The position numbers were made by a program, and so were the translations under genes. Shown piece by piece: positions 33,901 to 36,710 of a DNA stretch of 36,710 nt. The stretch comes from a virus (Duplodnaviria; Caudoviricetes): positions 1 to 36,710 of the IMG/VR virus record IMGVR_UViG_3300012346_000232. One strand, written 5' to 3'. The notes beneath the pieces are model-generated. The model did no database searches. It was given only the letters and a program-made list of their open reading frames with translations, and had not been told where the DNA came from. Every line of letters begins with the position of its first letter. The first letter of the stretch is position 1.

Positions 33901-36710
33901 TGAATACACTAAACTAAAAGGAAATGCCGTACAAGAGCGAAGCACAGAGGAAGTTCTTCCACGCGAACAAGAGCAAGCTGGAGAAACAGGGGGTCAACGT
34001 GAAGGAATGGGACAAAGCCTCGAAGGGCAAGAAGTTACCCAAGAAGGTGTCACAGAAGAAAACCCGTTAAGTAATGTTGAGTCTACAGCTAGAGCACTTA
34101 ATATTGATCTAGTTAAGCAAATTCAAGATGAGTCTGGAGAACTATTCCCATTGACTACTGAACAAGATTTAGATTACTTCACTAATTTGTCAGAAAGATA
34201 TCATAAAGCGAAACAAAATGGGACAAATCCAGAGTTAGTTAATGCGTTTGAAAAAGTATTAGGACCTGAACAAACTATTGTAGATAACACCCAAAAGGTA
34301 GAGAATAGTACAGAAAAAGAAAACTATACCATAGCGCAAGAAGTGAGCAATAATGTATCAGAAGTAAATCCTGATGCAAGTATATTGTTAACTCCTAAAG
34401 GAAATGATTTAAGTTTGACTGCTATCTATGTAAAAGAAGAAGATAGAGGAAAAGGAATAGGAACAAAAGTACTTGAAAAAGTAAAGTCTGAGGCTGATAG
34501 AATAGGTAAAAAAATAGTCTTAGATGCTACAAATGAATTAGATCCAGAGACTGACTTAGAAAGATTGGGTAATTTTTACGAGAAAAACGGATTTAAAAAA
34601 GTTGGTGAAAATAAATTTGAATACAGCCCAAAAGAATCTGTAACGGTAGCTGAAGAATCTGAGGCAGATCAAATGGTTAGACTTCAGAATTTATTAGCTA
34701 AAAGTAATAAGACTTTTGTTACTAAAGTAATTAACATACTTAAGAAAACTGGATTAGCTAAGAAAGTATCAATGCTTAATTCTAAGCAGATAGAGAATAA
34801 GCTTAAGTCACTTGGTGTAAATGCAGATGTAGCTAAACAGATTTCTGTGTGGCATGGTAGTGCCCAAAATTTTGTTAGATTTTCATCAGAAAAAATAGGA
34901 ACAGGAGTTAAAGCTATGCGAAGCGGCGCTGGATTTTATTTTACTTCAAAAGAAGATAGAGCTAAAGGATATGCAAAACAATTATCTGGCAACGTAAATT
35001 ACACCATAGGAGATGAAATAATTAAACAAAAAGGTGTTTTTTCTGATGAATTATATGATAAAATATCAAGAATATATGATAAAGTAGGTGATAACAGAAT
35101 AGCTTTTACAAAAGAATTATTAAAATTATCACAATCTGAAAAAGAACAAGGATTTAGCTCAAAAGATTTCTATTTAAAAGAAGAATTAAGAAAAGGTAAA
35201 TTAAATGAAAAAGATATAGAAGAAGGAAATTATGATCTGCCATATTATGTAACAGAATTTTTTGATTCATCTTTTCAAACTAGAAAATTAGCTAGAAAAG
35301 TATTAGAAAACGGAATACAAGCAAATCAATATCCAGCTTACATGTACTTTGTAACGATTAAAGATAATGGTAATTGGATAGATTTTAAACAACCTGTCGA
35401 TGGTGAGTTATATGAAAATATTTTAGCTCAAGCAGAATTAGAAAAAAGCCCTTATCTTGATAAGATAAAAACTTTGAAAGGGTCAAATGGAAGAGACTTT
35501 TATTTCAGCCTCGTTCCTTTATTTGGTAAAAATAAATCACCAGAACAAGATGTTTCAGAATTTTTAATGCGAGCTGGTGTTGATGGTAATATAGGATATG
35601 AGGATAATGATGTTGAATATGTAGTATTTGATGAAAATGCAATTACTATTGAAGAGCAAATTCAATTCCAAAAAGCATTAGCTAAAAAAGGAGTTGAGTT
35701 AATAACAAACGGATTCGTTCATAATGGTGAGGTTTATATAAACTCTGATAACTTAAATCCAGAGACACCTATTCATGAATTCTCGCATTTATTTAATTCT
35801 TGGCTAAAGGAAAACAATAAGGAACTTTACAATAAAGGAATTGATTTAGTTAAATCTGAATTAGATAATGATAAAAGTGAGATAAAAGGTGTAATTGATT
35901 ACGTTAAATCAACTCAACCAGATTTAAAAGGAGACGCTTTACTTGAAGAGATTTTAACACAATTGACTGGAGAAAAAGGAGCTGAGCTAATTAAAACTAA
36001 TTCAGCTATAGGTAATTGGTTGAAAGAATTCTGGAAGAGCATTAAAGATAAGTTAGGATTACTTGATGTAACTCCAGAGCAGTTATCTAAAATGACTGTA
36101 AGTGAATTTGCTGAAGCTAGTGCTGTTCAGTTGCTTAAAGGGCAAAAAATAGGCAGTGCAGAAACTGGTACTAAATTCCAAAAAGCAACTGATGGAATGT
36201 CTGCAGCTGATATTGTAAGAATTGGTAAAGCTAATGGTATTGCTAATACAGTTATTAAAAAGTACCTAAAAGATAATGGGTATACTAACTATACATCATT
36301 ATTTCCTTCAGTTAAAGTTAGTCCAGCAGCTAAGGCAGCTAAAGCTATTACAAAGAAGCTTGCGCCTAAGATGGTTAAGGTTGATGAAATGGCTGCGTTA
36401 AAGGATCAGATTAGACTTGAAGCAAAAGCTGCAAGAGGAGCAAAAGCAAACATAAAAGAAAACATCAAGAAAATATCCACACTCATCAAGAGTATGGTTA
36501 CAAAAGGTAACATTAAGCAGAGACATTTAAAGTATATCTTCAATAAACTTGCTAGTACAAACTTAACTAGCGACACATCTGTTGATAAGTTATTGGATTA
36601 TATATTCAAGAAAATGACAGATGCAAATTACTTGAATAAACTTGATGAAATTGAAAAAATAAGCAAATCTATCAAGAATAATAAAAGTATAGTTGAACCA
36701 ATTTCATCAA
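30971..36710 (+). CDS. Giant internal virion/polyvalent protein (partial, >1900 aa) with GNAT, ADP-ribosyltransferase and zincin metallopeptidase domains
   Basis: ATG 30971 (MPEYSSKLY...). No stop was seen in the segments translated by hand, and it is missing from the track, as expected for an ORF running off the window. Motifs: RGKGIG at 34445, VWHGS at 34847, GFYFT at 34931, EYVVF at 35615, HEFSH at 35774. Confidence 0.88.
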   Translation, partial: MPEYSSKLYSFLAQNDPEFSKKLTEDQFINKLSTDGGYSKKLYDFLAQSDSEFSKKLDYNQFQVKTNLKKKVPTQASKPSVGSSGTTETPQKQSSDSSRPNGIYKFPTNLKANYKKENGQWYVDPSGGTKFQPLTKGDVAKRVKVLESQANYDEDLTAYNMPKEANFKVISIEGVDGGEVAEKYKDIAKAKVFTGFTGKEENKYRIVDNIWQRSIPNEKGEYSDWTTITNEGSIKALNSKFKQNAGLDVVKAKQEYAKIGFKDINSNLIGGDEGDAVPYLTNKYGNLGFKFEEGLGDQMIVRSSIPGVKPLTINMDSWDDEKDANNAAILKAYLSQNALTKEKEKEVSFTEKYQNIALDRTGNAYVDETKRLADLEAGKLNLPKTELQQNLDQQKKNERIQNLEKETGLNMREIQDEKARKAKIYGSSKVFKGDLTAAAIAEQNKVNKVYVNNEIKDINLRNKLSLRLSEQFDNDMADFNANYDTYSEEERAIKEAELKQKAAELKEVYNQTKKDSSHINYLVQSQATSTIASKLVAEKTGTVAGMYGRALTDAIIDSGMGVYQGLYGLAFDESPITTEDRQEVKDNIAKVFTNTTSEFTASEDRSLMNSVVVSLIQQAPAVLATLATRGAASKLTGVAAKVMSRAPGAIYNFGIGYSNSYDSMSGLDISDDDKRKLSFSIATATAALESYGLEKITSSKVASGFVAKRVARLLSGLPKGATMEMMNTAIYADMKKVVADKLIKVAGKGIIEGGVEVSQSAAEQEIKNLYEIYKDKDVFQEDWGTFGKTALREFLVGSFAGATVNAMSNLGTTVQQLSDPVNFGLSKKIATDEDLQDLFKNDLKSKIIQGEMSIPEAKAKLRAVGEFKALLGKVPSNMLETNQQEAMKLIEEKQKLQSEIEGKEPSLVEDQKQRIVDIDNEMKQLVEDDAKGEIRITARGLDQVPTEFRDRARYRGTSKVGRFGKTTDDYVYTVTRDEYTKLKGNAVQERSTEEVLPREQEQAGETGGQREGMGQSLEGQEVTQEGVTEENPLSNVESTARALNIDLVKQIQDESGELFPLTTEQDLDYFTNLSERYHKAKQNGTNPELVNAFEKVLGPEQTIVDNTQKVENSTEKENYTIAQEVSNNVSEVNPDASILLTPKGNDLSLTAIYVKEEDRGKGIGTKVLEKVKSEADRIGKKIVLDATNELDPETDLERLGNFYEKNGFKKVGENKFEYSPKESVTVAEESEADQMVRLQNLLAKSNKTFVTKVINILKKTGLAKKVSMLNSKQIENKLKSLGVNADVAKQISVWHGSAQNFVRFSSEKIGTGVKAMRSGAGFYFTSKEDRAKGYAKQLSGNVNYTIGDEIIKQKGVFSDELYDKISRIYDKVGDNRIAFTKELLKLSQSEKEQGFSSKDFYLKEELRKGKLNEKDIEEGNYDLPYYVTEFFDSSFQTRKLARKVLENGIQANQYPAYMYFVTIKDNGNWIDFKQPVDGELYENILAQAELEKSPYLDKIKTLKGSNGRDFYFSLVPLFGKNKSPEQDVSEFLMRAGVDGNIGYEDNDVEYVVFDENAITIEEQIQFQKALAKKGVELITNGFVHNGEVYINSDNLNPETPIHEFSHLFNSWLKENNKELYNKGIDLVKSELDNDKSEIKGVIDYVKSTQPDLKGDALLEEILTQLTGEKGAELIKTNSAIGNWLKEFWKSIKDKLGLLDVTPEQLSKMTVSEFAEASAVQLLKGQKIGSAETGTKFQKATDGMSAADIVRIGKANGIANTVIKKYLKDNGYTNYTSLFPSVKVSPAAKAAKAITKKLAPKMVKVDEMAALKDQIRLEAKAARGAKANIKENIKKISTLIKSMVTKGNIKQRHLKYIFNKLASTNLTSDTSVDKLLDYIFKKMTDANYLNKLDEIEKISKSIKNNKSIVEPISS
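31000..31141 (+). repeat. Direct repeat with 102-nt (34-aa) period at the start of the giant gene
   Basis: 31000-31039 and 31102-31141 match at 37/40 nt. Protein: YSSKLYSFLAQNDPEFSKKL / YSKKLYDFLAQSDSEFSKKL. Confidence 0.9.
31171..31284 (+). other. Candidate -1 frameshift/slippage site and transframe extension
   Basis: T_TTA_AAA heptamer in the correct phase plus an A10 run (31174-31183). The -1 frame reads KKKSSYTGIKAFGWFFGYYRDSSKTVIGFIKTKRDI*. Confidence 0.5.
33924..34070 (+). CDS. Nested 48-aa basic protein overprinted in the +1 frame of the giant gene
   Basis: MPYKSEAQRKFFHANKSKLEKQGVNVKEWDKASKGKKLPKKVSQKKTR*. ATG after an A-rich tract, and local GC is 74/147 (50%) against AT-rich flanks. 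Confidence 0.7.
   Translation: MPYKSEAQRKFFHANKSKLEKQGVNVKEWDKASKGKKLPKKVSQKKTR

Noticed and set aside
1-36710. Stop-codon reassignment, as in some crAss-like phages
   Set aside because: Terminase, portal, capsid and other long genes are intact under code 11, and TAG/TGA end genes at sensible boundaries (e.g. 6724, 3344, 27627).
30971-36710. Virion RNA polymerase identity for the giant ORF
   Set aside because: No DxDxD-type catalytic motif was recognised in the visible part. It cannot be excluded beyond the window.

Overview
This window is the late (morphogenesis) region of a large dsDNA tailed phage with crAss-like/podovirus gene order. The host is very probably a Bacteroidota species, because TAnnTTTG -7 promoter elements lie in front of at least 11 genes and translation starts are A-rich with little sign of Shine-Dalgarno motifs. 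Nearly everything is on the + strand. In order: groEL-groES, one antisense winged-helix regulator, an RcGTA-like head-spike base and fibre, tail/head fibres, a lysis cassette (u-spanin-like, holin-like, GH19 endolysin), a second tandem GroES-like protein, terminase, portal, scaffold, major capsid protein, ring/tail proteins, a split muzzle/stabilisation gene, a GNAT and ejection-type proteins. The window ends in a >1900-codon ORF (30971 to window end) that the ORF track omits. This giant gene is the most unusual locus. (1) It carries polyvalent-protein-type GNAT, ADP-ribosyltransferase and HExxH metallopeptidase domains. (2) A U_UUA_AAA/A10 slippery site at codon 68 opens a GC-enriched -1 frame giving a ~104-aa alternative product with an aromatic tail. 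(3) A complete 48-aa basic gene (MPYKSEAQRKFF...) is overprinted in its +1 frame. Other points: promoter spacing splits into leaderless and leadered classes, two back-to-back promoters share a 27-bp gap, several unannotated Lys-rich microproteins are present, and GGCC and CCGG appear to be absent. All family calls come from motif recognition by eye, not database searches.
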